Part shown: positions 13,714-13,845 of the stretch, piece by piece | How positions within the stretch are numbered: position 1 is the stretch's first letter | How the letters are laid out: each line of letters begins with the position of its first letter | Assembly: GCA_046262595.1 (NCBI GenBank) | Contig: JBHEMM010000005.1 | Span: 3,370 to 17,214 of the forward strand | Source: Vulcanimicrobiaceae bacterium | GTDB taxonomy: Bacteria > Vulcanimicrobiota > Vulcanimicrobiia > Vulcanimicrobiales > Vulcanimicrobiaceae | Reading direction: 5' to 3' | DNA: 13,845 bases | Program-made: the position numbers and the translations under genes | The notes under the pieces: generated by a model | The model's input: only the letters and a program-made list of their open reading frames with translations | Database searches by the model: none | What the model was told of the DNA's origin: nothing

Positions 13714-13741
13714 CGGCGCCTCCGGGCGCCGTTTGCGTTTT
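13714..13741 (+). terminator. Probable intrinsic terminator after fliE
   Basis: Hairpin CGGCGCC-TCCG-GGCGCCG (13714-13731) followed by TTTGCGTTTT. It is preceded by a second hairpin CCCCGCC-CTAC-GGCGGGG (13681-13698). Confidence 0.7.
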
Positions 13742-13778
13742 GCGGGTAACGAGCAAGCGGGGCGGGTATGAACAGCCC

Positions 13779-13845
13779 GTGGTACAAACGCGGCCGGCTT
13801 TCACGCTGCGCGCTGGTTTGCCGTGGATCGCTGCGGCGGTTGCGC
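13779..13845 (+). CDS. Possible N-terminus of a membrane/exported protein, truncated by the window end
   Basis: GTG 13779 gives MVQTRPAFTLRAGLPWIAAAVA..., a basic then hydrophobic pattern. It is too short to identify. Confidence 0.3.
   Translation, partial: MVQTRPAFTLRAGLPWIAAAVA

Noticed and set aside
13745..13769. SigB/SigF-like promoter with GGGTAT -10 before the last partial ORF
   Set aside because: There is no GTTT-type -35 at the proper spacing, and the downstream gene cannot be verified.
13779..13845. Calling the last partial ORF fliF
   Set aside because: Only 22 codons are visible with no diagnostic motif, and a terminator separates it from fliE.
1..13845. CRISPR arrays, tRNA/rRNA genes, IS elements, prophage or defence genes
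   Set aside because: No spaced direct repeats, cloverleaf signatures, or transposase, integrase or phage motifs were seen. Nearly all of the sequence is accounted for by the listed genes.

Overview
High-GC bacterial chromosomal window from a diderm, flagellated organism. Gene style is reminiscent of Ca. Eremiobacterota/Vulcanimicrobiota, but that is an impression, not a search result. From left to right it holds: (1) a tightly coupled + strand run of alpha/beta hydrolase, moeB(+rhodanese), rfbC/rmlC, aldo/keto reductase, queG, an exported LolA-like protein and moaA; (2) an ECF sigma factor with a candidate autoregulatory promoter (TGTCACA-N16-CGTT) and a coupled zinc-binding (ZAS) anti-sigma fused to a TonB-like module (SxxxH transmembrane helix, Pro/Ala/Thr-rich linker, TonB C-terminal domain); (3) a degenerate GNAT-fold gene (-); (4) a lipoprotein cytochrome c followed 2 nt later by a photolyase/cryptochrome-family gene in which most class I CPD-repair residues and the distal Trp of the photoreduction triad appear replaced; (5) a B-box-like Zn finger/DUF4870-like membrane protein (-); (6) an MsbA-like ABC exporter; (7) flgB-flgC-fliE behind a sigma28-type promoter and followed by a terminator. 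No mobile elements, CRISPR arrays, rRNA or tRNA genes were seen. The best candidates for novel biology are the ECF/anti-sigma-TonB fusion system and the degenerate photolyase-like flavoprotein.
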